From the NCBI GenBank assembly GCA_963776245.1, contig CAVZLN010000003.1, positions 832,001-896,000 on the forward strand: a stretch of DNA of 64,000 nucleotides. Direction: 5' to 3'. Below the pieces are notes generated by a model. That model worked only from the letters and a program-made list of their open reading frames with translations, was not told the origin of the DNA and searched no databases. Positions 38,764-48,282 of this stretch are shown here, one piece after another. The stretch is from Candidatus Eiseniibacteriota bacterium (lineage in GTDB: Bacteria; Eisenbacteria; RBG-16-71-46). Position numbers and translations under genes: made by a program. The first letter of the stretch is position 1; every line of letters begins with the position of its first letter.

Positions 38764-39318
38764 TCAGTGCGGTGAGCGTATGGAATCGAGGGGCATGCCC
38801 ATCTGCCGCATGCGGGTCGTGGTCCAGGCCCGCTCCATCCACTTCAGCACGGGGTCGCGGCCGGGGTACCCGATGGTGCGCTCGAAGCGCGGGCTCCCCG
38901 GCCACGCGACCACCAGCGTGGGGAAGCCGGTGATGCCGTAGGCCTGCTGCAGCCGGTCGACCTCGGGGGGATTCCGGCCGTCCTCGCGCTGGCGATCGGT
39001 GACGCGCACCGGCACGAACATCCGCGCGATCTCCTGCGCGGCCCGCGGGTCGGAGAACACCTCGAGCGCCATGAGATTGCAGGGTCCGCACCACTCGGCG
39101 CTGAAGTCGTAGAGCACCGGCTTGCCGGTGCGCTGCGACTCGGCCGCGGCGGATTCGATCCCCACCCAGACGACCCGGTCCTGCGCTCCGCGCGCGTGCG
39201 CGGCCTCCCACACGCCGGTCGCGATGCGGGCGGCGAGCAGCACGGCGGCGAGCGCGACCAGCGCGGGCGGCATCCCGCGGCTCGGGCCGCTGGCGCGCGG
39301 GGCGTCAGCCGGCGGCAT
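38764..39318 (-). CDS. Membrane-anchored thioredoxin-family protein
   Basis: N-terminal hydrophobic segment, KPVLYDFSAEWCGPC, YGITGFPTL. Confidence 0.85.
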   Translation of the reverse strand: MPPADAPRASGPSRGMPPALVALAAVLLAARIATGVWEAAHARGAQDRVVWVGIESAAAESQRTGKPVLYDFSAEWCGPCNLMALEVFSDPRAAQEIARMFVPVRVTDRQREDGRNPPEVDRLQQAYGITGFPTLVVAWPGSPRFERTIGYPGRDPVLKWMERAWTTTRMRQMGMPLDSIRSPH

Positions 39319-40015
39319 ACGAAAGTTCCTTGCGGTTCACCGCCCAGATCGCGACCACCAGACAGATCGCGAGGGTCGAGAGGTAGGAGGCGATCGCGAA
39401 CCACGACACCTCGCCGTGCCCGAAGAACGGCGCCGGGTCGAGCGAGCCGTCGATGAAGCGCTGGCACTCCTCGCCGGCGCGCGTCAGCCACCCGATCCGC
39501 TTCGCCGCGCCCACGTTGGTCATCACGCTGGCTGCGAGGAAGGCGAGCAGGTAGAGCCCGAGATCGCCGAGGCCCGGCGCGAGCGACGAGAACATGAGCA
39601 GCACCGCCGAGAGCCCGAACACCACCAGCGCGCCATCGAGCATCTTGGCGGCCATCAGCGCGGCGGTCACGTCGCCGTGGCGCGCGAGCGACACCGCCGC
39701 GCCCGCCACCACCTGGAGCACGCACACCGCGGTCGCCAGCGAGCCCGCCGCCAGCCAGCGCGAGAGCACGTACTCCCACCGCCGCAGCGGCCGCGCGAAC
39801 GCCAGCGTGAGCACCCCGCTCGAGACGTCCTGCCCGATGAGGCCGGCGGCGAACACGAACGCGAACACGCCCATGGTGTTCTTGCCCAGCATCGCGATCG
39901 ATCCGGTGAGCATCACCGGCAGCAGCCCGAAGCCGAAGAACACCAGCGCGAGCATCAGCCGCATCGGGCTGTTGAGGCGCTGGCGCCAGAAGGTGGTGAT
40001 GAGCGTGGCGTTCAT
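39305..40015 (-). CDS. ABC-2 type transporter permease
   Basis: Six TM helices, G.L.L.FARPLRRWEYVLSR; coupled to ATPase. Confidence 0.8.
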   Translation of the reverse strand: MNATLITTFWRQRLNSPMRLMLALVFFGFGLLPVMLTGSIAMLGKNTMGVFAFVFAAGLIGQDVSSGVLTLAFARPLRRWEYVLSRWLAAGSLATAVCVLQVVAGAAVSLARHGDVTAALMAAKMLDGALVVFGLSAVLLMFSSLAPGLGDLGLYLLAFLAASVMTNVGAAKRIGWLTRAGEECQRFIDGSLDPAPFFGHGEVSWFAIASYLSTLAICLVVAIWAVNRKELSYAAG

Positions 40016-40944
40016 CGCGGCGCCTCCGCGGCCGGCGCGACGAACAGCCGCTCGAGCCGGCCCTCCTCGGCGACCGCCTCGACGACCGGCAGCCGCGCGG
40101 CGAGCAGGGCGCCGAGCAGGCGCGTCGCCCCGGCGTCGTCCGTCACCCGGAAGCGCGCGTCGGCCGCGATCGTCCCGAGCAGCGTCGCGCCCGCCTCGCG
40201 CGCCGCGGTCTCGAGCACCGCGGCGTCCGCCACGACGCCGCCCGCGAAGCGCACGCGCAGTCCGCGCGCGGCGGTGGCGCCCACACTCTGGGTCTTCATG
40301 GATTCGACCCGGCCGTGGTCCACGAACACCACGCGGTCACACAGCCGCTCGACCTCGTCGAGCTGGTGCGAGTTCACCAGCAGCGTGGCGCCGCGCGCGC
40401 GCTGCTCGGCGAGCAGCTGTCGGAACAGCAGCACGCCGGCCGGGTCGACGCCCGCGATCGGCTCGTCGAGGAACAGGAAGCGCGGCGCGCCGAGCAGCGC
40501 CTGCGCCAGCCCGAGGCGCTGGAGCATGCCGCGCGAGTACGCGCGGATCGGCTGCCGGCCGGCGGCGGGCGCCAGCCCCACGCGGGCGAGCGCCGCCTCG
40601 CAGTCGGCGCGGCGCGAGCCGGCCGGCAAGCGCGCCAGCGCGTGGTGGTAGGAGAGGAAATCGAGCCCGTTCATCCAGCGATCCATGACCAGGCGCTCGG
40701 GCAGGTAGCCGGTGACCGCGCGGTTGGCGAGGTCGTCGGGCGCCAGCCCCGCGACCGCGACCCGGCCGGAATCGGGACGCAGGAACCCGAGCAGGCAGCC
40801 GAGCAGCGTGGTCTTGCCGGCGCCGTTGGGCCCGATGATGCCCACCGCCTCGCCCGGCTCGAGCGCCAGCGACACGCCGTCGAGCGCCCGCACGGTGCCG
40901 GCGCGGAAGGTCTTCACCAGGTTCTCGACCACGATGACGGGCAT
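40012..40944 (-). CDS. ABC transporter ATP-binding protein
   Basis: GPNGAGKTT, YSRGMLQR, FLDEP, NSH. Confidence 0.93.
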   Translation of the reverse strand: MPVIVVENLVKTFRAGTVRALDGVSLALEPGEAVGIIGPNGAGKTTLLGCLLGFLRPDSGRVAVAGLAPDDLANRAVTGYLPERLVMDRWMNGLDFLSYHHALARLPAGSRRADCEAALARVGLAPAAGRQPIRAYSRGMLQRLGLAQALLGAPRFLFLDEPIAGVDPAGVLLFRQLLAEQRARGATLLVNSHQLDEVERLCDRVVFVDHGRVESMKTQSVGATAARGLRVRFAGGVVADAAVLETAAREAGATLLGTIAADARFRVTDDAGATRLLGALLAARLPVVEAVAEEGRLERLFVAPAAEAPR

Positions 40945-41113
40945 GGACCCCTCGGCGGGACGGTCGCGCGCCGCATGCGCGCGGCGCGCACACTAGCGCC
41001 TCGGGGAGTCGGCCGCCACGAGCATGTCGGGCCGAGGCATGATGGGGGAGTCGTCGTGCGCCCCCGGCCCCAGCAAGCTTCATCTCAGCTGGCGGGCGAG
41101 CCGCCGCTGACAA

Positions 41114-41700
41114 CTACCATTCAAACTCGGTCCTGTGCTCCCGATTCCGCACATCTTGAAGATCATGCGTCTTCGACAATGCACGGTACTTCGTGGACCC
41201 ATCGACCTTCAACCTCACATATCCGATTCGCGGGCGCCCTGCCGCCGCATTCTCCAAGACACACTCGACAGTCGCCGCAACGACAGCAGCCTCGTTCCTT
41301 CCGTCACCCATTTTCGAGGATTGCGACAGCTCGAAGACGACTTCGACAGTATCGATGGTATCGTGCGCATCCACAATCGCCTATTCCATTCATCGCGGCG
41401 CACCACCCTTACATCGATTCCATACAACGTTGCAGCATTCCGGTTCTCCGATCGCACGCCACCCTCGCGGATGATGCAGTTCTTCTTGGCGGTCCATCCA
41501 ATCTCGAGCCCCGGCTCAAACCCACCCAGCATCAGCAAGTAGGTCACCGTCGTGATTCGAACGGCGTTCTCGGTAAGAACACACTGCCGCACCTCAATCG
41601 GCGTCTCCTCAGCAGCCCACGCCGACGCCAACTAGTCCACACGTCACGCCATAGCCCATAAGCGACCAATGCCACGACCATTCGCCGCACGGGTCTTCAC
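41114..41700 (-). pseudogene. Fragmented hypothetical (probably exported) protein in a lower-GC patch
   Basis: Overlapping ORF pieces 41215-41631 and 41114-41374 can be joined by one added base near 41380; signal-like start broken by stops; visibly AT-richer than flanks. Confidence 0.45.
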
Positions 41701-41749
41701 GATTGACCTCCGCAACAGATGAAACATGTACCTCGGTCGCCCGCGTCGC

Positions 41750-43552
41750 TCAGCCGCGGCGGAAGTAGGACCGCAATCCGCCCGGGCTCTGCGCGCGCGC
41801 CAGCGCGAGGGCGATGCGCGGCAGCGCGAGGGGATCGGGGAAGACCAGGAAGCGGTCCTCGAAGGCGGGGGCGAACTTCTTCTTCCACCGGAACAAACTC
41901 TTGAAGTCGTAGAAGCGCGACAGGTGCTCCATCAGGAACTCGCGCGCGGGATCGGCGGCGGTGGGCTGCGGCGGGCGGGCCGCGGCCGCCACCCGCGGCG
42001 CGTGCTTCGGCCGCGGCGCCAGCGCGGCCTCGGCCTCGACGGTGGCGGCGGCGGCGGCCTCCGGCGTGAGCGGCGGGTCCTCGACGCTCACCAGCGCCGA
42101 GAGCGAGAGCGAGAGCATCGCGTCGCCGCGCGCGCGCGCGGCCTCGAGCGACTTCACCACCAGGAACTCCATCACCCCGGTCACCGCGTCGCCGCGGCGG
42201 CGCATCAGGTCGAGCGCCCAGCCCCGGCGCGCGGGAATGGGCACCCAGGTCATGAACGCCTCGACCCGCCGCTCCCCGGCGTGCCACGCCACGGCGAGTA
42301 GGTTCTCGTGCAGGTGCGCGGGCTCGAACCGGCCCATGCAGAATCCCTTCTCGCCGCCGTGGCGCGTGCGCATCCACTCGTTCGAGATCTCGCGCATCTG
42401 CTCGAGCAGGCCGTCGGGGTCGCCGTGCGGGTCGAACGCGCCCGCGCCGGGGAAGAACAGGCGGGCGGTCACGCCCGCGGTCTCGACCTTGCGCACCGCG
42501 CGGCGCACCTCGCCGATGGCCGCCCCCTCGAGCGTGAAGGGCTCGGTCCACAGCACCGGGTCCTCGCCGATGTGGATCGCGCGCCAGCCGAGCGACTGGT
42601 AGAGCGGCAGGCGCTCGGGGCGCGCCTGGAAGAACGCGAACTGCCAGTCACGCGAGCGGCAGTAGCGCTCGAACGCGGCGAGCAGGGCGGGCCACTCGTC
42701 GTCGGGCCCGATCGGGTCGCCGACCGCGAGCAGCGCGTCGGACTCGAACCGGTAGGCGATCACCGCGCGCCGGTTGTCGCTGAAGAAGTAGTCGGTGTCG
42801 GGCGCCAGCGCGAACGCCGCCACCGTGCTGTCGCCGTAGGCGCGGATCAACTCGCCGACCCGGCGCGCCTCGGCGCCGTGGCGCCCGCGGTGTGCCACCG
42901 GGCGCAGCGCCAGGACGGCGATCACCACCAGCAGCAGCATCCCGAGCAGCGGCAGGGATTCGAGGAACCACTGCGCGATGCGCACCTCGGCCGGCACCAG
43001 GGTGCGCGCGAGCACCAGCGCCGGACCGCCCACGCCGAACAGCCGGTAGGCCGCCTCGGCCGCGGCGCGCCCCAGCGAGGCGCCGGAGCCGAACACGATC
43101 TCGACGATCCAGCAGCCGAGGACCGCGTACGTCACCAGGCCGAGCACGGCCATCGCGCCCCACGAGCGCAGCGCCCGCAGGGTGAGCTCGCGGCTGCGCA
43201 CCCGGAACGCCTCGCCGCTCACCCCGAGCGCGAACAGCAGCGCCGCGGCGATCGAGGCCTCCTCGACGTCGAGCGCCTTGAGCACGTTGACCGGCACCGA
43301 GAGCGCGCACAGGAGCAGGGCGGCGACGAACGCGCGGCGCTTGCCGCGGCGCAGCCCCCACGCGGTCACCAGCAGCAGCGCCCCGGCGATGAGCGTGAAC
43401 GTGCGGCTGGTGTCGAGCACGTCGGTGGGCACCAGGTGGACGACCGCCAGCAGGCGCTCGGGGGGATGCGAGAGCAGCGCCGAGAGGAGATCGATCAGGC
43501 CCATCGCCGCGACGGCGACGGACAGCACGGAACGGATGAGGGCGGTGCGCAT
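41750..43552 (-). CDS. Aminoacyl-phosphatidylglycerol synthase-domain (MprF C-terminal/DUF2156) membrane protein
   Basis: N-terminal TMs (GLRRGKRRA); GDPIG, IGE, EKGF.MG, LDLMRR, GVMEFL, FYDFKSL.RWK.KF.P. Confidence 0.87.
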   Translation of the reverse strand: MRTALIRSVLSVAVAAMGLIDLLSALLSHPPERLLAVVHLVPTDVLDTSRTFTLIAGALLLVTAWGLRRGKRRAFVAALLLCALSVPVNVLKALDVEEASIAAALLFALGVSGEAFRVRSRELTLRALRSWGAMAVLGLVTYAVLGCWIVEIVFGSGASLGRAAAEAAYRLFGVGGPALVLARTLVPAEVRIAQWFLESLPLLGMLLLVVIAVLALRPVAHRGRHGAEARRVGELIRAYGDSTVAAFALAPDTDYFFSDNRRAVIAYRFESDALLAVGDPIGPDDEWPALLAAFERYCRSRDWQFAFFQARPERLPLYQSLGWRAIHIGEDPVLWTEPFTLEGAAIGEVRRAVRKVETAGVTARLFFPGAGAFDPHGDPDGLLEQMREISNEWMRTRHGGEKGFCMGRFEPAHLHENLLAVAWHAGERRVEAFMTWVPIPARRGWALDLMRRRGDAVTGVMEFLVVKSLEAARARGDAMLSLSLSALVSVEDPPLTPEAAAAATVEAEAALAPRPKHAPRVAAAARPPQPTAADPAREFLMEHLSRFYDFKSLFRWKKKFAPAFEDRFLVFPDPLALPRIALALARAQSPGGLRSYFRRG

Positions 43553-43593
43553 GCGCGGAGCAGCCTAGCACGATGTCGCGCGGCGCAAACGGT

Positions 43594-43624
43594 CGAGGCC
43601 CCGCGCTCGGGACGCGGGGCCTCG
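43594..43624 (-). terminator. Hairpin after HU gene
   Basis: CGAGGCCCCGCG-loop-CGCGGGGCCTCG, short U-run on minus strand. Confidence 0.55.
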
Positions 43625-43643
43625 CGCACGGCGGTGCAGCGGT

Positions 43644-43925
43644 CTACTTGAGGGCCGCGTCCTTCATGGCCTTCGCGATGCGGAACTTGAGCACGGTCTT
43701 GGCGGCGATCTTGATGGCCTCGCCGGTCTGGGGATTGCGGCCCATGCGTGCCTTGCGCTTCACGACCACGAGCTTGCCCACGCCGGGGAACACGAAACCG
43801 TTCCTCGCCTGCTTGGCGGCGAGCGTCGCCAGCTCCGCGAGGATCTCCACGCTCTGCTTCTTCGTGATCTCGAACTTGTTCGCGATGTGGCTGGCGACCT
43901 GGGACTTCGTCATCATCTTCGCCAT
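43644..43925 (-). CDS. HU family DNA-binding protein
   Basis: MTKSQ, PGVGK, RKARMGRNPQTGEAIKI, KFR. Confidence 0.95.
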   Translation of the reverse strand: MAKMMTKSQVASHIANKFEITKKQSVEILAELATLAAKQARNGFVFPGVGKLVVVKRKARMGRNPQTGEAIKIAAKTVLKFRIAKAMKDAALK

Positions 43926-44004
43926 GTAAGTCCTTCCTCTCCCTGATGAAGGTGGTGCGACACGTTCGGACAGGTGCGCACTCGACGCACCCTAGCCGAA
44001 GGTG

Positions 44005-44033
44005 GGTATAGCGAGCGCAGCCGCGATTGGCAA
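44005..44033 (-). promoter_or_regulatory. Sigma70-type promoter for HU
   Basis: TTGCCA-N17-TATACC. Confidence 0.5.
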
Positions 44034-44192
44034 GGGGAATCCTCCGGCCACCTCGATTCCACCCTTTGCTGGAGCGGTTGGAAACGATGCATAATCCGGG
44101 CCGCGCCAATCGCGGGTGAAACGCTCGTCACCGCCGGGAGGGTGTCTCGTCCGGGGAAACCTGACCCGCGCCGGACACGTGGCGCGCGCCGT

Positions 44193-46793
44193 TCAGTCGG
44201 TGCGCACGAGTCGCCGGGTGGCTGTCGCGCCGCCGGCGGTCGCGCGGACGAAGTACACACCGGGGCCCGCGCGCCGGCCGCGCGCGTCGGCGCCGCTCCA
44301 CTCGAGGGTGGGCCGGCCGGGCTCCATCGGGCCGTTCGCGAGGGTCGCGACGCGCCTGCCGGCGGCGTCGTAGACCACGACCTCGACCGCAGTTGCAGCG
44401 GGCAGTTCGAGCGTCAGGCGCACTCGGCCGGAACTCGGGTTCGGCCACGGCACGGAGAGCGCGAGTCGCGTCGGCGAGGGGTTCGGAGTGAGCGTGAGGG
44501 GCATCTCGGTGACGTCGAGCCTCCACTGCGAACGGCCGTGGGTCGCGGCGACCAGGGTGCGCGAGGGAGCGTGGAGGGTCAGATCGAACACGGCCTGCGG
44601 GGGCATCCCGGTCCCGAGCGGGAACCATCCGGCCCCCAGATTCCGGGTGGCGTACACCCCGACATCGGTCGCCAGGTAGAGGATGTTCCGGTCGGCGGGG
44701 TCCACCAGGATGTCGTTGGCCGGCGCGTCCGGCAGGTTCCCCGCGATCGAGACCCACGTGGTGCCGCGGTCGAGGCTGCGGTAGACGTGGGCGAGGTGCT
44801 CGTCCGAACCGAACCCGGAGAGCGTCACGTACACCGTGCCCGGATCCACCGGGTCGGCGGTGAGCCGGGTGATGGCGCGCAACGGCAGCCCGGCGGTGAT
44901 GTCGGTCCAGCTCCCGCCGCCGTTGGTGGAACGCCACACCTTGCCGTCATCGGTCCCCGCGTAGTAGGTCTGCGCGTCCGCCGGCGAGATCTCGAGCGTG
45001 GCGATGGTGCCGTAGGTGAGGAGCGCCACCGGGTTGGTGGAGAGGTCGCCGCTCACCGGCGAGTACGAGATACCGTTGTCGGTGCTCTTGTACACGCGCT
45101 GGCTTCCCACCAGCAGCACGCGGTGGTCCTGGGGATCCATCACGATCGGCGTGTTCCAGTTGTAGCGGTCACCGGCGTTGAAGCCGGTGGGCCCGGAGAA
45201 TCCGCTCCCGCCGTTGGTCGAGCGCAGCAGCCCGGAGCCGTAGCTGCCGAACTGGTACTCGGCGAACACGATGTTCGGATCGGTCGGATCCACCAGGCAC
45301 TGGAAGCCGTCACCGCCGAGGATGGCGTACCAGCCGGTGGGCGAGCCCGGCGTGATGAGTGTGCTGTTGTCCTGGGTGCCGCCTAGCAGGCGATTCGGAT
45401 CCTGCGGATCGAGGGCGCCGGCGTAGAACTGGGTGATGGGAAGGTCGATGGACTTGGTCCACGTGCCGCCGCCCGTGAGGCTCGAGAAGAACCCGCCGTC
45501 GTTGCCGAGGTACACCCGCGACGTCACCGCCGGATCGATCCAGATCGCGTGCTGGTCCACGTGCGCCGCGCCCGTGGCGTCGGCGAACGACACGCCGCCG
45601 TCGAGCGAGCGCATCAGGCTCACGCCGAGCGCGAACACGCGGTCGGGATTGATCGGATCCACCGCCATGTCGCCGAAGTACCAGCTGAATCCCCCGAAGC
45701 CCCCGGTGAAACCGCTCGCGTCGCGCCGGGCCCAGGTGTCGCCGCCGTTGGTCGAGCGATACATGCCGAGCCCCGAGTACCCGCCAGCGGCGCCGGTGGT
45801 GATCTGCGCGTAGATCGTGCGCGGGCGCGTGGCGCAGAGCGCGAGCGCGATGCGGCCGACGTTGTCGGAGGGCGCCGGCAGTCCGGTGGCGAGCCGGGTC
45901 CAGCTGAGGCCGCGGTCGATGCTGCGCCAGATGCCGGTGCCGGGACCGTACGCGCGCCGGTAGGTGGGACGCCTCACGCGCTCCCAGGTGGCGGCGAACA
46001 CGGTGTCGGGATGGATCGGATTGAAGACCAGATCGCTCACCCCGGTGCTGTCGTTGACGAACAGCGTGCGGGCCCAGGTCGCGCCGCCGTCGGTCGAGCG
46101 GTAGACGCCGCGGTCGGGCGAGGTCGAGAACTGGGGCCCCATCGCCGCGATCAGGATGTGGTTCGAATCGCCCGGGTCCACCGCCACGCGCGCGATGCGC
46201 GCGGTCGCCGCGAGCCCGAGCGAGTCCCAGGTGACGCCGCCGTCGCGGGTGCGGTAGAGACCGTGTCCGTCGTACGAGTCCACCGACGAGTTGGCCTCGC
46301 CGGTCCCGACGTAGAGCGTGGTGGTGGAGCCGGGCTGGAGCGCCAGCGCGCCGATCGAGAAGTCGCCGAACTGGTCGAAGATCGGAGTCCAGTGCGCGCC
46401 CGAGTCGACCGAGCGGAACACCCCGCCGTTGGCGGCGGCGAGGTAGACCAATGTGCCGCCCGGCGCGACCGCGAGCGCGGTCACGCGCCCGCCGATGTTG
46501 TACGGCCCCGCCTGCTGCCACGGCGGGAGCGCCTGGGTCCTCCCGGCCCGCGCCGCCCGGCCCGCCAGCGCGCGGTCGAAGCGGCCCTGTTCGACCGCGG
46601 CGATCCACTTGTCCTGCGCGATGGTCTGGAACGGGAAGGCGCGCTGCATCCCGAACCAGTCGCTCGGGTAGGGGCCGGCCTCGCGCTCGGTGGCGGATGC
46701 TTCGGTGCCACGGCGCCCGCCGTGCGAGCTCATGAACGGCGCGGCGACACACGCGACGGCGAGGAGCGACAGGAGGAGTGGGCGCGGACGCAT
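44193..46793 (-). CDS. Secreted BNR/Asp-box (VPS10-like) beta-propeller protein with C-terminal FlgD-Ig/T9SS-like domain
   Basis: Repeated S.DGG.TW Asp-boxes; C-terminal PNP...YD.AGR.V..L...W.G.D..G....GVYF. Confidence 0.88.
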   Translation of the reverse strand: MRPRPLLLSLLAVACVAAPFMSSHGGRRGTEASATEREAGPYPSDWFGMQRAFPFQTIAQDKWIAAVEQGRFDRALAGRAARAGRTQALPPWQQAGPYNIGGRVTALAVAPGGTLVYLAAANGGVFRSVDSGAHWTPIFDQFGDFSIGALALQPGSTTTLYVGTGEANSSVDSYDGHGLYRTRDGGVTWDSLGLAATARIARVAVDPGDSNHILIAAMGPQFSTSPDRGVYRSTDGGATWARTLFVNDSTGVSDLVFNPIHPDTVFAATWERVRRPTYRRAYGPGTGIWRSIDRGLSWTRLATGLPAPSDNVGRIALALCATRPRTIYAQITTGAAGGYSGLGMYRSTNGGDTWARRDASGFTGGFGGFSWYFGDMAVDPINPDRVFALGVSLMRSLDGGVSFADATGAAHVDQHAIWIDPAVTSRVYLGNDGGFFSSLTGGGTWTKSIDLPITQFYAGALDPQDPNRLLGGTQDNSTLITPGSPTGWYAILGGDGFQCLVDPTDPNIVFAEYQFGSYGSGLLRSTNGGSGFSGPTGFNAGDRYNWNTPIVMDPQDHRVLLVGSQRVYKSTDNGISYSPVSGDLSTNPVALLTYGTIATLEISPADAQTYYAGTDDGKVWRSTNGGGSWTDITAGLPLRAITRLTADPVDPGTVYVTLSGFGSDEHLAHVYRSLDRGTTWVSIAGNLPDAPANDILVDPADRNILYLATDVGVYATRNLGAGWFPLGTGMPPQAVFDLTLHAPSRTLVAATHGRSQWRLDVTEMPLTLTPNPSPTRLALSVPWPNPSSGRVRLTLELPAATAVEVVVYDAAGRRVATLANGPMEPGRPTLEWSGADARGRRAGPGVYFVRATAGGATATRRLVRTD

Positions 46794-46883
46794 GGCGAGG
46801 CTCCAGGGTGCGGGACGGTGCCGAACGACTATGAGTCTAGGGCCCGGCGGGCGCCCCCGACAACGTGAATGCCGCGGCGCGGC

Positions 46884-48080
46884 TCAGCGCGGCGGGCCGC
46901 CCGGGGCCGCGGTCGCCTCCGCCAGCATCGGCAGCGTGGCCGCGAACGGGCGCGAGAGCTCGGCGAAGTGCGCGAGCGCGAGCTCGCGTTCGTCCCCCTC
47001 GAGCACCGTGGGACGGAACGGGTCGTCGGGCCAGCGCGTGAATCGCAGCGGCACCACCTCGGCGCTCGAGACGCCGTCGCGCGAGACCGTGAATCGCGCC
47101 AGGCCCGCGATCGGATCGCTCGGGTCCTTGATCCCGCCGTACACGAAGTTGCCGAGCGAGTAGTAGATCGGTGCCCCGCGGTACACCTCGACGCCCTGGA
47201 AGCGGTGCGGGTGCGCGCCGAGCACCGCGCGGGCGCCGAGGTCCACGCACAGGTGCGCGAGCTCCTGCTGGTACTCGCGCACGGCGTACGAGCCCTCCTT
47301 ACCCCAGTGGAAGAATGGGATCACCGCGTCCACCCGCGGCACCAGCCGCTCGACGTCCTCGCGCACCATGGCGCGGATGCCGTCGAGGTGGGTGTAGCAG
47401 CCGGCCACGCCCGCGGTCCAGCGCGTGGCGTAGAGCACCTTGGGCTCGAACATGTCCGCGGCCGCCTGGAAGTACCAGCCGACGAAACCCACGCGCACGC
47501 CGTCGCGCTCGATGATGCACGGCGCGCGGGCGTCGTCGAGGGTGGCGCCGGCGCCGAAGCGGGCGATCCCGGCCGCGTCGAGCGTGGCGAGCGTGTCCGC
47601 GACCCCTTCGGGCCCATAGTCCTTGACGTGGTTGTTGGCGCACGAGACCACGTCCACCGCGCCGCGTCTCAGGATCTCCACCAGTTCGGGGCGCGCGCGG
47701 AAGTTGAAGTTCTTCGGCACCTTGGTGCCGCGCGCGGTGAACGGGCACTCGAGGTTCACGACTGCCAGGCCGGCCTGCTCGAGCAGCGGGCGCACGCCCG
47801 AGAAGTAGCGCGCCTCGAGCGCGTCGCGGGGCTCACCTTCGGCGAGCAGGCGGTCGAAGTGGTCCTGCAGGTTGTAGCCCAGCGTGGTGTCGCCGCCGGC
47901 GACGATGGTCAGGCGGGGCGGGCCGGCGGGCACGGCGCCTTCCGCGGGCGCCGCGAGGGTGTCGCGCGGCACGCCGGCGCGCGCGCTGTCGGAGGCGGCG
48001 ACCTGGGCGCCCGCCTCGCGCGCGAGCGCGAGCCCGGCGAGCGCGGCGGCGCTCGCTCGCATGAAGGTTCGACGTCGCAT
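46884..48080 (-). CDS. CapA/PGA_cap family metallophosphoesterase with Tat signal
   Basis: MRRRTFM Tat motif; GGD, VNLE, ANNH..DYG, HWG.E, GAHPH, YSLGNF. Confidence 0.9.
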   Translation of the reverse strand: MRRRTFMRASAAALAGLALAREAGAQVAASDSARAGVPRDTLAAPAEGAVPAGPPRLTIVAGGDTTLGYNLQDHFDRLLAEGEPRDALEARYFSGVRPLLEQAGLAVVNLECPFTARGTKVPKNFNFRARPELVEILRRGAVDVVSCANNHVKDYGPEGVADTLATLDAAGIARFGAGATLDDARAPCIIERDGVRVGFVGWYFQAAADMFEPKVLYATRWTAGVAGCYTHLDGIRAMVREDVERLVPRVDAVIPFFHWGKEGSYAVREYQQELAHLCVDLGARAVLGAHPHRFQGVEVYRGAPIYYSLGNFVYGGIKDPSDPIAGLARFTVSRDGVSSAEVVPLRFTRWPDDPFRPTVLEGDERELALAHFAELSRPFAATLPMLAEATAAPGGPPR

Positions 48081-48136
48081 GGGGCGCGATTCAAGCACAG
48101 AGTCGGCCCCCGAGGCGAAGCGCTGGAGGAGGGCGG

Positions 48137-48215
48137 GGTCCGGGGAGCGTGCCCGAGCCCTCCGCGGTGCAATACCCACACGCACCGCTCCGGGCCCGGG
48201 CACGCTCCCCGGACC
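48137..48215. repeat. Conserved hairpin element, copy 1
   Basis: Long stem, TCC/TCC internal loop, 7-bp apical stem, loop AATACCCACAC; homologous to 61156-61230. Confidence 0.85.
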
Positions 48216-48282
48216 TGTGCCTGAACTGAATCCGACGTTGACGGCGTTCCTGACGGTCCCCAATATGCCGCGCGAGGCCGCC

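Noticed and set aside
44001..44010. GTGGGTAT match to the hairpin-element loop
   Set aside because: 8-nt match with no flanking stems; explained by the HU -10 box
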